Of a stretch of DNA of 64,000 nt, positions 11,868 to 23,424 are shown piece after piece (position 1 is the first letter of the stretch; the number at the start of each line of letters is the position of its first letter). The notes beneath the pieces were generated by a model that was not told the origin of the DNA, did not search any database, and saw only the letters and a list, made by a program, of their open reading frames with translations. The stretch is from Moniliella sp. 'wahieum' (taxonomy: Eukaryota): assembly GCA_003971905.1 (NCBI GenBank), contig RSEE01000093.1, positions 186,001 to 250,000 of the forward strand. The letters are read 5' to 3'. Both the position numbers and the translations under genes were made by a program.

Positions 11868-14800
11868 TCACACTTCCAAGCCTCGGCGGCACTGGGGGCA
11901 CTCGGTCTTGATCTGGAGCCATTGCTCAAGACAAGGTGTATGGAAGACGTGGTGACACTACGAGGCGCAACCTGGGTCAGCCCAGTCCCCCGCCACATCA
12001 CAAAACAAAAAAAGGCAACAGGGCACGGCACGTACTGGGGTCACCATTAGCTCCGATCGACGGTTGCGTGCCAAGGCCGAGCGCCACGCCGCGCTTGCCT
12101 CGATCATCTGTCGGCCCCAATCGTACACCCCATGCACGAAGCGCAGCAGGAGCGAAAGCTTGGTAGACGGGTAAGTAGCGTGCGCCCGAGAGGCGGGGAC
12201 GAGGCGGGTGAAGAAGCATGGGAGGAGGGATGAGAGTGCCGGTGATTGTGGCTCGTACCGGGGCCGGCTAGGGTGGGGAGTAGAGCTCGCTTGGTCCAGC
12301 AGAGCTTCGTGCTCCTCGGGTACATCCTCCGAATCGGACCCCCCCGCTTCTAGATCCTCCTCACTTTCCGAAACGGGGCCCGAACCCACGACGGGCACCA
12401 CAATCGGCTCAAAGCAAATCGGGCAATCTCCCAGCTCAATCTTGCCATCCTTGGCCGCGGGGATGTCCTGCCCTCGAGAGCGGACCAAAGCCAGCGCATC
12501 GGAGGCCGACACAAAGTAATTCCACCGTTGTTGGGGCGCGATCCCAAGGCGGACCAAGACGGCGTCGGAGAGGAAAAAGGACGGTCCAAACGCACCCTGT
12601 CCCATGAGGATAAGGGCCTGCACAAGAATGTAGCCATCCACCACGCCAGCGAGCCACGGCTGCGGAGTAAAGCCAGCATAGTTATCGGGATACACCAAGA
12701 AGTACGTGGGCAAGACCATGCGCGCCAACGAAACCAGCGCAATAAACTTACCCTCCAGAGCACCACGTTGATGTCGCTGCACATTGCGCCAGATTTGAGG
12801 CACCCAGAAACTGTGCACCATAACGAGTACGGCCGTCAGAGAGTGCAACACCATTCAGTGTAAACAACAGCGCCGGTACGCCCAACATCAATGTCATCGA
12901 AATGGGACGGAGGCGGATGACCTTAAAGGCAATCTTGGCCATGCGGACCAGCAACCATCCCCGAGGCTGGGCCGGGCTCGCAGGTGGGCCGGTAGGGCGC
13001 CAGCAGGAGCCGAAGTGCCCTGCGCGCCCTCCGATTGCTCGGCGGCAGGGGAGTTCTCGGCTGACGGGGGGGGTCACTAGGCGAATTGGAAGCCGAGGCG
13101 GCCGATGCAGCGGCAGCGGCACTTTGGGCCTCCATTCGTTCTCGAGCTGCCTGCTCCCGATTGGTAATGTGGTGCAAGTGCCAAATGTTGAGCGTGTGTT
13201 GGTATTCGAGCGCGATAAATAGCATGGCAAACCCAAAGGCGGTTGCATACCAAGCTGGCGTGTCTCGTTGGCCTTGAAAAAGATGGCGACAACAAGATGC
13301 GTGGCAAAGAAGGACACGTCCGATATACAAAACAGGGCCCACGTCGGCCAAGCAAGACGGGCGAGCGCAGCGGGGGACGTGGAGCGATCCATGCTGCGAG
13401 TAACGAGGTGGCACAGAAACAGGAGGAGAAAGACCACCCCCGTAGTGTACCGAAGCGCTCGTGATGGCCGCAGCAGATCCAACTTGCCCGTCATGCGGGT
13501 GCGCCCAAGCCAATCCGAAAACTCGTCCGTTCCCTCGGAAGAACGGCGGGAGTGGGTGGCGGAGCAGGAGGGTTGAGCACCTAGCACGGAAGATAGGTCT
13601 GTCTCCACTCCCCGAGTCGCATTAGAAGGAAGCATTCGGGCGACCAGAGCACCCCACGCATCTGTGGAGACTCGGGAAGATGCAAGTGGGGCCAGCCGCG
13701 CGGGTCGCGCATAGCCCACTCGGCCCTGCGCACCGCTTGGGCTCCCTCGGCCTCCCCCACAGGTTGCATATGGGCATACAGATGGAAAGTGCAGTTGTGG
13801 GCCCAAAGGGGGTCAAGGTGCCGGGAAGATGAAGGACTGGGGCGCACGGGTGTCGACCCATTGACCCCGCCACTCCCCGATCCCATCGTCTGATTCCCAT
13901 TGTCAGAGTGAGACGAGTCAGGCGGTTTGATTGGTCCGGGTGCAGTCGTATCTTCATCTCGCAGCCGACGCGTTACCTGCTCCACTTGGGCCGACAGAAC
14001 GGCATGGAGCGTCTGTAGCACGCGTGACCACAGTCCCCAGGCCGATGCGTTGCGTGCGGCATCCGCCAATTGCGCCTGCTCCAGGGGATTGGTGGCGGGG
14101 GTGAAGTGAGGTTGGACAACTGATCCATCACCTCCTGCCACCCCACCTCGGGGAGGGGGACCATCTTGAGCGATTCACGCGGATCGATCCAGTGTGGATC
14201 GGTGGTGGTGAGAACTTGGGCATACAGTAGACCATGTGGGCGCACATGCACACCTGTCACGTCAAACTCAAGTCCCTCGGGCATGGGGTCCATCGGATTG
14301 GCGTGAACAGGCGCGGCAGGTGGCGCTTGGTTCACAGGTGGGAGTTGTCGGCCACAAGCGGGAATGGAACGTTGCTCCCATTTGGCTGAAGCCTTACCTA
14401 GGCTAAGCGTGCCCACAATTGGCACCACGCCAGCCGCCGTGCCTGATACAGAGGTCTCGAGCAGATCCAAGTCGACTTCGCCTCCAAGAATGTGACGAAA
14501 GGCAGTCAAGTTGCTGCCTCCGTATATGCCTGGGAAGGCGTTGGAGGAGCCGAATAGCAAGGTAAGGAGATCGTTCTGTTGTCGGGCCACGCGCTCCTTG
14601 GTTCGGCGATCAAGACGGTCCACCACGGACCCAGAGGGGGGGGTGGGAAGGTAGGATGGTCACTCGGCCCTGGCGCAGCGGGCCGATAGGGCTTGGCAGG
14701 CTTGCTGGCCATGGGCTTGGGCTGCTGAATGACAAAGGCGGGGTCAAGCGACCAGGAGCTGGCGTGCCAGATGCCGCGAAAGGAGCCGAGGTAGGAACGT

Positions 14801-15274
14801 GGCGGAAGCGGCCAGGCACGTGCAACGGCCGCTGCTTCGGGCGCCAGGGAAAGGGGGGCGGTGGGCGAGGGGGGCGCTGGTTTAGTGAGCGACAGGTTGA
14901 GCAGCAAATCCGGAACGACGGGCAAGGCGGTGCGGTTGTAGGGGTTGAAGTCGGAGAGGGTGTAGTGTGATGCGGGGCGCACCTCGTGCCATGTCGGCTG
15001 CGACGATGGAGGCGGCGTACATGTGCGCCAGGGGCTCAGCAAAGAGTGTGTGGTTGTCACGGCCCGCGCGGTAGCTCAGGTCCCAGTGCTCCAACTCACG
15101 ACGGTCGCCGGTCAGGAGCGCGCGCAGCTCCCGGGCCTGGGTCAAGACGGAGCGGAGCTCGCTGGCGTCGTGCTCGAGCTGGCGCAGACCCTCGTCCCCG
15201 TCCGAGGGGTCCTGGGCAGCGGCGGCGGGCACAAGGCTGAGCAGGGCACTGGCGAGGATGAGTGCCAGCAGCAC
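11868..15274 (-). CDS. TUL1: Transmembrane RING-H2 E3 ubiquitin ligase, Tul1/Dsc1 family
   Basis: Signal-peptide-like start, lumenal 'NCTFHLYAHM' and 'GVLWSPEC', TM region with 'HSFWVPQIWRN'. RING 'DCPICF...MVTP|CHHVFHTPCLEQWLQIKTECPQCR' completed across intron 12034-11958; stop at 11868. Confidence 0.88.
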
Positions 15275-15702
15275 ACACGCCCGCCCTCCTGCCCGGAGGA
15301 CGGCAAAGGAGGCTTGTTCCCGCCCTCATTGTGTGTCCATGGCCTGGGCCGGGGTGTACAGAATGGGCGCGGGCGGTGGTGGCGGCGAGCATCGGCCGCG
15401 TCCGCCGGCTGGCCGGGCCTCGTCTGCGTCAGCCTGACCCTCTGGCTCCCGACACGTGTCATCGATCATCATTTCAACTCTGAAGGCGGGGCAAATCGCA
15501 TCCTGCGGTCGATTAACCATTTTCACCCGCCATACGCCCGAGCTACGTTTGGGCAGACGCAAAACCTGGTGTTCATTGGGACCATCAATTCCACAAGGGC
15601 ATCCCCCCCATCCCATCTCCATGCCGCGCGGACGAACAAACAGAAGAGGCTGGGCCAAGTGGTCAAGGGAAGAAACAGGATAGAGAAGAAAAAAGGATGT
15701 AG

Positions 15703-17449
15703 CTACATGATTGTGCACTTGCACTTGCCAGCGCCGATGGTGTCTTCCGTCTTGGGCGCAGCCTTGGCAGCAGGCTTAGCAGCAGGTGTGGGAGCAGGAT
15801 TGGGAGCAGGATCCAGAGCAGGCGCTGGGGGCATATGGGAAATGGGCTCCGGATTCTGACGACGCGGGGTTACTTGAACACGACTCGTTGTTGTGGGGGA
15901 GGAGGGTTGGGCAGAGAGGGTGCGGGAGCCGAGGCTGACCCAGCGATTGGCGATGTCCGCGACGTGAGTGGGGATTGGACGGCCCAAGGCATGGTACCAG
16001 CCTGGGAAGTCTGGTCGGCAGTACCAGGGAGACTGGCTGGGGAAGCGGGGCTGTGCGTTGACACCGGCTCGATGGGTTGAGCGGCTACGCGGTGGGATAT
16101 GGCCTTCTTGAGGGGCTGAAGAGAAACCAATTGGCTCGCGTTAATACACAAAAGCGTGGTACAAGTAGAGGAAGAAGCACGCAAAAGTAACATACCAATG
16201 GAGGAAGGTGGATTGTCATCACGACGCAAGTCAGAAGCAGAAACTTGGTCATGGTTGGTGGGCACAGAGTGGACGGGGTGGTTAACACTGGGGCGGGGTT
16301 CGCGTTCAATTCTGGTTTCATCCGCAGGAGGGGTTGGCAGGCTTATCTCCTTGAGATCGTAGGGTTGCCGTGGATGTCCCACTTGTCAACCAAGCCGCAC
16401 GAGGCCAAAGCGGCGGCCATGTCAAAGTTGGGATCCTCGCGGGATGCCTTCAATTGGCGTTGTGCCTCATCTCCTCCGGCAGCAGCTGCAGCCGCCAAAA
16501 GTTCACGTGCACGAGAGAGACGAGCGCGGCGAGCGACAGTGGGAATTTCGTTAACAGCCGGCTTCGATGGCGTGATGCTAGGCGCAAATGACGGGGGGAT
16601 TCGGACCGCTTAATGCCTCCCAATGGGCCAAACTCTTCAAGCTCAACAGAGCTGATCTCCCCTCGGTGAAACTGGGACAAACGTTGGCGCTTGATTGAAG
16701 CCATACGGGCCCGAGAACGAGAAAACTGGTATCCTCATCGGCTTGAAACGTGCCAATCGAGCTTACTGAGAGGTTTTGGGCTCTCTGGGCGTGCTAGCCA
16801 TGGGGAACGTTGCACTGGATTGGGTTCGGTTATGCGACTCCTTCCCAGGTGTTTCCGCCCTGGACCGTTCCCAGAAGCGGCGGGTGAAGTTTCCCCCGTC
16901 TGCGCCCAGACAACAACGGGGTAGAGTTGGCGCGCCCATTGTTGGACCGTAGGGATCCACTACGATTCATGCTGCGTGATGGCCGACGAGGACGTGAATC
17001 CCAAGTAATGTAACGGTCACTCACGTCGGGAGCAGGTCCACCCAAAGGGCCGAACTCGGACAGCTCATCAGCACTCAGCTGAGCCGCTTGTGATTTAAGC
17101 CGGCGCCTGCCCAGTGGAGTGGAGACATCAGCACTCAAATCGCCAGCCGAAGCGGCTTCTTTCGAGAGGGGGTTGCAACGGATATGTCAGCGTTGGGGAC
17201 GGAAGCATCATGCGTTGAAGCATTCCCTTGAGTTTGGCCAAGGGTGGTGGGCCATGCGGGGGGGGGGCGAGCGCGATGGGGAGAGGGGCTGGGAGTGTCA
17301 TATTGAATGCGACGGTCAAAGGGGGGGGTTCTGTTGGTCTGGGAACGGCGGCGACTGCGAACGGGGTGGAGCGACTCGAGTGGGACCCAGTCGGATGCTT
17401 GCGGATCTGGCAGGCCAGTGCCAGCGCCGCTCGCCGCGACGGTGGCCAT
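15703..17449 (-). CDS. Hypothetical low-complexity protein with repeated EL(S/E)EFGPLGG motif and C-terminal CAAX (CTIM)
   Basis: Chain of overlapping minus-strand ORFs (17449-17135, 17138-16830, 16704-16450, 16382-15870, 15987-15703) apparently joined by frameshifts; ends '..GAGKCKCTIM*'. Confidence 0.55.
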
Positions 17450-17869
17450 GACGGCAGACGGAGCAGAGAAGGCAGGGGCGAGGAAAGAGGCGGAAGGGTG
17501 GGGGGAGCGGAGGGGAGAACGGGCGGCAGTGCAAGCGACCGAGTGTCACTGGGGCGGGCGAAACGGGGGGGCGATGGTGGTGGCGATGGCAGTGGCGGTG
17601 GGGGTGGTGGCCGCCGTCACATCTCGGGCGGCAATGGGCCCAGAGCCGCCCACAATTTCACACAGGCGAAGTTCGGGCCTTTGCAGGCATTTGGCCTTGG
17701 AATTGAGGCTGCCTTATTTAATTAGTCAGTCCCACTGGCATGGCAGTTCTCCAATTTCAAACGGCTGTCCAGCTCATCACATCGCATGTGACGCAGTGAC
17801 GCAGTGACGCCGTTCCAGCCACTTTACTGCCCCTCGCGTTTTCACGCCACCATCTCAGCTTCCCGCGCC

Positions 17870-19059
17870 ATGTCCTCGCCACCATCCGAGGCGTCTCTCA
17901 GTCTGCATGACCTCATCAAGATGCTCGTCTCCCCCGCGCCAACCAGACGCGGGCGCGGGGCATCCGACACGTCTCCTTGGCTAACAATGCGCGAGGCGAT
18001 GCCAGTCGCCGGCAAGCTTTATATGCACGGCGACCTGACCTCCTCTCGTCTCTCCGTATTGAGCGCTCCGTTGCTCGAGGATTTGGGCGTCCAGCCGGCA
18101 GAAGTTAGAAGGAAGGCTCTTGCAGCCGTGCGTGCCGCTTTGGACAACCCCGAGTGGGCACCCAAGCTGCGCCTGTCGACATCGGTTACCCCCGCCCCCG
18201 CCGCTACGCCTGCCAAGCAGAAACGCGCATTCACCTCCAAGGCCATGGCTAACGTAGGCAACACAACCAGCCCTGACTCTGCATATTCAAAGGCCTCTCC
18301 TCGCAAGCGGCCACGGAATGCAAGTCCGGAAACATTGGCACGAGATTGGGGGGATACATCTTTCTCACCAAACAGAGACCATCCCGTACCCAAGACGTAC
18401 GTGTTCAACGAGGTCCTGGACCTATATAAGCTCCGCGGGAGGGCAGTGGTCGTCAACCGTGCGCCCGTATTGACCGCCTGGGCGACAGTCGTGCTCGAGA
18501 AGATGGGGTTTGAACGAGACGAAGCCCTGAGTTTGGCGCATTGCTATGTCTCGCATACTTCCACCGCCCGCGGCCTGGCGATCGGTGCGTTCCCCAAAAA
18601 GGGGCCTGGTAGTCGACCTGAACCCGTGGGGTAGGCCCCAATCAGCCTCACTTTGAGTTGATGGGTGTTAAGATTCCCGTCATGCAAGTCCAGGGCGATG
18701 TCGGACTAGAGGAAGAGGAAGAGTCCAAGCGGTACCGCGGCATCAGCGAAGGGCAAATGGTACCGCCCGACAAGGCGTACGACTATCTCAAAAGCAGCAT
18801 GCTGATGAACCTTCCCTTTGTCATGGGTGCCATGTATTTACTCGCCGATGCGTGGTGGGCGAGGGCGCCGGAGAGCCTGACCCTCAGCGTTTGGAGCGCG
18901 TAGCGTGGCGCCTGTACGTGGACTTTCGCCCCGATACCGGGGGGAATGGGGGGGAAGCGGGCTGCTTTAAGCCTAGATAAGATACTTTCCCTCCGGCCCA
19001 ACTTCGAGGAAACGGAAAAGACGGCGCAGGATGGATCAAATGCGGAGGATGATACATAG
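17870..19059 (+). CDS. Conserved fungal hypothetical protein
   Basis: 'VVVNRAPVLTAWATVVLEKMGFERDEALSLA' block, then 'FELMGVKIPV' and 'YVDFRP..WGKRAAL' after frameshifts; recalled as a conserved fungal family of unknown function. Confidence 0.6.
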
Positions 19060-19114
19060 ACAGAGGGAGACAAGAAACGAAATCGGATGGATGCGGCATT
19101 GGAAAAGGAAAAGC

Positions 19115-20968
19115 TTAGTTAGAGTACGTTACCGCTAGCAAATCTGTCGGCAATGGGAGTGCCTTGCTTGCGAGGACTTGAAAGCATCGGCGGGTCAGGC
19201 GCCCCGCCCACCCACCGCGAGCTCGTGGGGGAGTGTGTAGTGCGCTTGGAGTGCTTGGTGATAAAGATAGAGAGCTCGAGGTGCATGGGTTGGTAGTACG
19301 TCTGGCTCGCCTGGCGGACCGAATGGAGGATGCGGTCAAACCCACAATCCAGCAGGCCCCTAATCAATGCTTGCGGTCCCACCCACTTGCCCTGGCCCGA
19401 CACAAACTCAGCCCGGACCAAGGTTCGCACCGCCCAGTTAATCAGCTTCATGTGGGCAGTAAGATAAGCGATAGCTTCAAACTCAACGCCCCCTGTCATC
19501 CCCCCGGCACCTTTGGTTGAGCAGCAGCTTCAACAGAACGAGGGTCCATCTCCTCGAACCGCCAAATCGTGTTGCGCGAGTGACAAAATACCCAGAAGTA
19601 GTCAGCCACCACGCGAGCCATGTCGTACACCAACGTTTTGAAGGGACGGGGCGTATGAGCCGCCCGAACGAAATCAACAATCGCCTCTTGATCGGGGTCC
19701 CGAGGAGAATGAAGAAGGATAATGACCAAGTGCTGGGCGCTCGTCAACGCACCATTGGAGAGCAGCTCATCGCACCGTTCCAAACACTCCGACCCTTGGC
19801 GCGTCTCTTGAACGCCAGCCAGCTGCGAGGATTGCATGTCCAACTCGCCCGCAATGATAATCAAGTCAGTCGAGTAAGAGCTTGCGCACATAAAGGTCCC
19901 CGGCTTCTTCTCTGACCACAGGAGGTCGGTCAACGCAACAAATGGCTTGGGTGCCTGGCTCGACAGAAGGGACTTGCCCCGAGCCGAGGTACTGAGGATG
20001 ACAAGCGAACGAAGCAGCTCGTACAACAATTGATCATCGTGCTGTTCCTCCCTCCACTCCATATCCAATAATCCCTTGAGAGTATCCAGCAGCGCGCCAT
20101 ACCCACCTTGCTGTGTTCCAAAAGATTCGACCCACGCCGGGGATTCGGCAGCTAGAGCTGTACGAAGGCGCTTCATCTCTCCAATCTCGATGTTTTGGAC
20201 CAAGGTGGTTTTAAGAAGGGAAGCAAAGTATTGTGGTGTCTTGGGGGCAGCCGTTTGTTTAGAAAATGTCGACGCGGCCGTCTGTAGTGCTCTGATAGGC
20301 TGAGAGGCAGCCTGTACCGTACTCTTATGAGGCTCTGGCACAGCAGATACCGTCGCCACGTCGGCTCCACGTCCCAAGCGGAGCTTGCCCATCTTCGAAG
20401 GCGACGCACTTCGGCGACCAGTGATCTTGGAGGGGGAGGGAAGACGCATTTTGCTAGGAGAAAGAGTGCCCCGCCCAAAGAGCTTGGAAGGCGACACTGA
20501 GCGTCTCGGGCTGGTCGTGGTAGCTGGAGCTGGAGCCGAGGCAGGTGGGGTGGAGGAACGAACAGGGGCCGGCCCTAGTCCAAGCTGCGGAGGAGGAATA
20601 GATGCCTTGGTCTCCGCTGCTACGCCCTTGACTTCGGAGAGGTCCAGGGAAGCCTTGCCCTTGAGCATATTCTGCTGCACAGAAGCAGGTAACGAAAGCA
20701 GTTTCGCGCGGGTGGCAGCTGGGACTTCGAGGTTGTCCTGTGGTGGAATACCCAGCGTCAGCATGCCATACGGTCAAGAGGAGGTTAGACGCACGAGCAT
20801 AGCGGCAAAGACGGGGGTGACTTGGTCCATCGTCAGTGGCTTCTTGGGCGACGAACCGGGCTGAGGCTTGGCCGAGGCAGGAACAGGGCGCGCCGCTCTG
20901 GCAGCAGCCTGAGCGTCACGATGGGCCAGATAAGATCCGATGGGAGCAAGAGGGGTTCGCTCCGACAT
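19115..20968 (-). CDS. Formin GTPase-binding (Drf_GBD)/armadillo-type protein, Rid1-like
   Basis: 'FAAML|DNLEVP' across intron 20793-20738; 'MKRLRTALAAESPAWVESF..GGYGALL..LLDMEWREEQHDDQLLYELLRSL', 'DYFWVFCH', 'PKVPGG(MT)GGVEFEA'. Confidence 0.75.
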
Positions 20969-21202
20969 GGTGGTGGTGGTGGAGACAAAGAAGTAGATAG
21001 CGGGAACAACAGAGCAGGCCGCCCGCGCTCGCTCCGTCCGCAGGAATCCAGTCCACGCTCCCAGCTCGGCTGTGGTAGAAAGACAGCCAACGTCCACATT
21101 ACGTTACCAGACCCCCGATTTGCACACCATACATCATGCATCCCACATCACCATGGGCACGGTCTCTGAGCTGTCACGTGTGATGTGGGGAATGTGATCA
21201 GG

Positions 21203-21226
21203 TGACATGTGACATGTGACATGTGA
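21203..21226. repeat. (TGACATG)3 7-bp palindrome-core microrepeat in the divergent Rid1-like/RPL29 promoter
   Basis: tgacatgtgacatgtgacatgtga read directly. Confidence 0.9.
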
Positions 21227-21442
21227 TGCCGCAGGGCCACGAACCCTAACCTGTAGAAAGAATACGCAAAACTTGCCGCAGTCAACCCTATCGCCTCCTG
21301 TGGCTGGCTGTCTAGGCCTACCAATGAGCCCGAGGCGCTACTTCCCCACCACAAAGCTCCGCTAGAATCACGAGGTGCGTTATTCGGCCTGCTTATGCCG
21401 CTCCGTGTCCGTCGTTAACCCCATTCGTCCCCACAGAGCAAA

Positions 21443-21646
21443 ATGGCCAAGTCCAAGAACCACACCAACCACAACCAGTCGTCCAAGGCGCACCGCAACG
21501 GCATCAAGAAGCCCAAGTCGTCGCGCTACCCGTCGCTGCGCGGTGTGGACCCAAAATTCATCCGCAACCAACGTTTCGCTAAGCACGGTACTGAGAAGTC
21601 CCTGCGCGAAGCCAAGGCAGCCAAGCACGCTACTGTTTCGGCCTAA
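21443..21646 (+). CDS. RPL29: 60S ribosomal protein L29 (eL29)
   Basis: '[44 protein letters not shown]'. Probable 5'UTR intron ~21375-21437. Confidence 0.97.
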   Translation: MAKSKNHTNHNQSSKAHRNGIKKPKSSRYPSLRGVDPKFIRNQRFAKHGTEKSLREAKAAKHATVSA

Positions 21647-22485
21647 GCCATAGGCTCGTTGGTCTGTGCGGTGTTGCAACACCGCTTTTCTAAAAAGCGC
21701 GTCGTGCCCAGGATGGCCTGCTTCCACTGGACCTTTGTAATCGGCCCGGGCATTGGTCACTCACGCTTCCTTTGCTCTCTGGCTGATGTGCTTCAGTGAA
21801 CCTGCAACTTGTCTCGATGCTTGTCCATGACCTTGTGTACTGTTTGTTCCCATATGATTATGCATCCTTGTGCACAAGCCCGATTGCGGAACTTCATATG
21901 TGACCTTGCAAAGGGAATCAGCTACTTCCTTTTGAGTGCACACGCGACAATCCCACCATTAGTTTTGCTAGCAGCTACCCACCGTAGTGTTCGTTCCGAA
22001 GGCGCACCACTGATGAAAGTGATATCACTTTACCATACTCTCTAGTGCTCCCTCGGGTTACCGCCCGCTACCGCTCGCAGGCAGATCGATGAGCTGCAGC
22101 CGCAAGGTTACGGTCTTCAGCAAGCTGAGCTGAAGTGTCTCAAGGCCAAGTCCGAAGCCTCGTGGCCAGATCGGGGAGAGCAAGAGAACAACTGAGAATG
22201 GCAGAGGAAGAGTCCAGTTCCTCCGACCTGAGCATGGCATGCTTAGCGCTTACAAGCCGTACCGCTATAAACAACTGGACTTTGCCATATGGACAGTTTC
22301 CCATCTCATCCACCTGCTCTCATGGAGTATAAAACCAGGCTGGTTACATTCAAGCCAATGCAGCAGATATGAGAAAGAGCACGAAAAGGGTTGACGGCCA
22401 TCGATGTGGTTCCGTACAGAAATGGTCGTAAGTGCGCTCAACAGAGTGTAGGTGTAGAGGAAGCGTGCGAAAATTCAATCGACAT

Positions 22486-23007
22486 TTAAGCCGCTTCTTC
22501 TTGGGTCCGCCAAGAGGAGCACCGATATCCTTGCCACGCAGCTTGACCCCGAGGGCACGCTCGAGCTTGGCCAGAATCTGCGGATTGGGGACGGCGCGAC
22601 CCGACTCGTAGTCACCAATCACCTGAGGTTTTTCATTGATCTTGGTGCCAAGCTCCTTTTGGTTGAGGCCCTTGGCTTGGCGGGCCTGGCCAATGGCTTT
22701 GCCCACGCTAGGCGCCACTTTGGGAGGCGCCGTCACTTCGTTCTCGCGGTCCAGTTTTAGCGAGACGGGCATGGTCTACACCTTCGTGGCCCTTGTTGTG
22801 ACCAGCCGCGGTCTTGCGGTTGTGTCCGTGATCGCGCCAGCGGCGCGGCCACGGTCGTAGGCATTCTGGGATGCGGTGGTGCCGCTGCCCGAGGGGCGGG
22901 TCTTGTAGCCGATTTTGACGTTGGTCTTGGTCTGGGGGAGGGGAAGGAAGGTCAGGGCCAAATCCGGGAGCAGGGGAAGGGGAGAACAACGTACCCCAGG
23001 CAGACAT
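22486..23007 (-). CDS. MBF1: Multiprotein bridging factor 1
   Basis: ATG 23007, intron ~22994-22931, '[65 protein letters not shown]'. Frameshifts near 22770-22820; stop position uncertain. Confidence 0.92.
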
Positions 23008-23424
23008 GGTGGCGAGAATGAGGATGAGGTGGTGGTTGAAGGAGTGGCGGCGAGGGAGGCTGGAAGAAAGGCCAAGTGCACACCCGGCGGCCAGTGCCCA
23101 GTTCCCAGTGGTTCTGTCGTCATCGACACCAATCACGTCGACGCGTCCTCTGGGCGGCGGGGGGCGGGCAGTTGGCCAGTCGCCTGTGACTCGACGCAAT
23201 CGATGCATGACTCGACGTCATCGAAAGCAGGCGAAGCGGAGCGGATTGAATATTGAACTTTGAAATTGAATGGTGTGTGCGGTGCCAGTTCGCGAACACA
23301 CATTCCGCCCATGCCCTCCGACGGCCATTCCGCGCCGGAATGAGCAGGGCGGCGGGCTGGACAGCCATCGTTATACAACGCTTTGCTGCTCCCCGTCTCT
23401 TCCTCGGCAGCCACTGACACACGC

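Noticed and set aside
21660..22340. Structured ncRNA or small gene between RPL29 and MBF1
   Set aside because: I could not verify RNase P/MRP, snoRNA or tRNA consensus elements, and the short ORFs have no recognisable motif.
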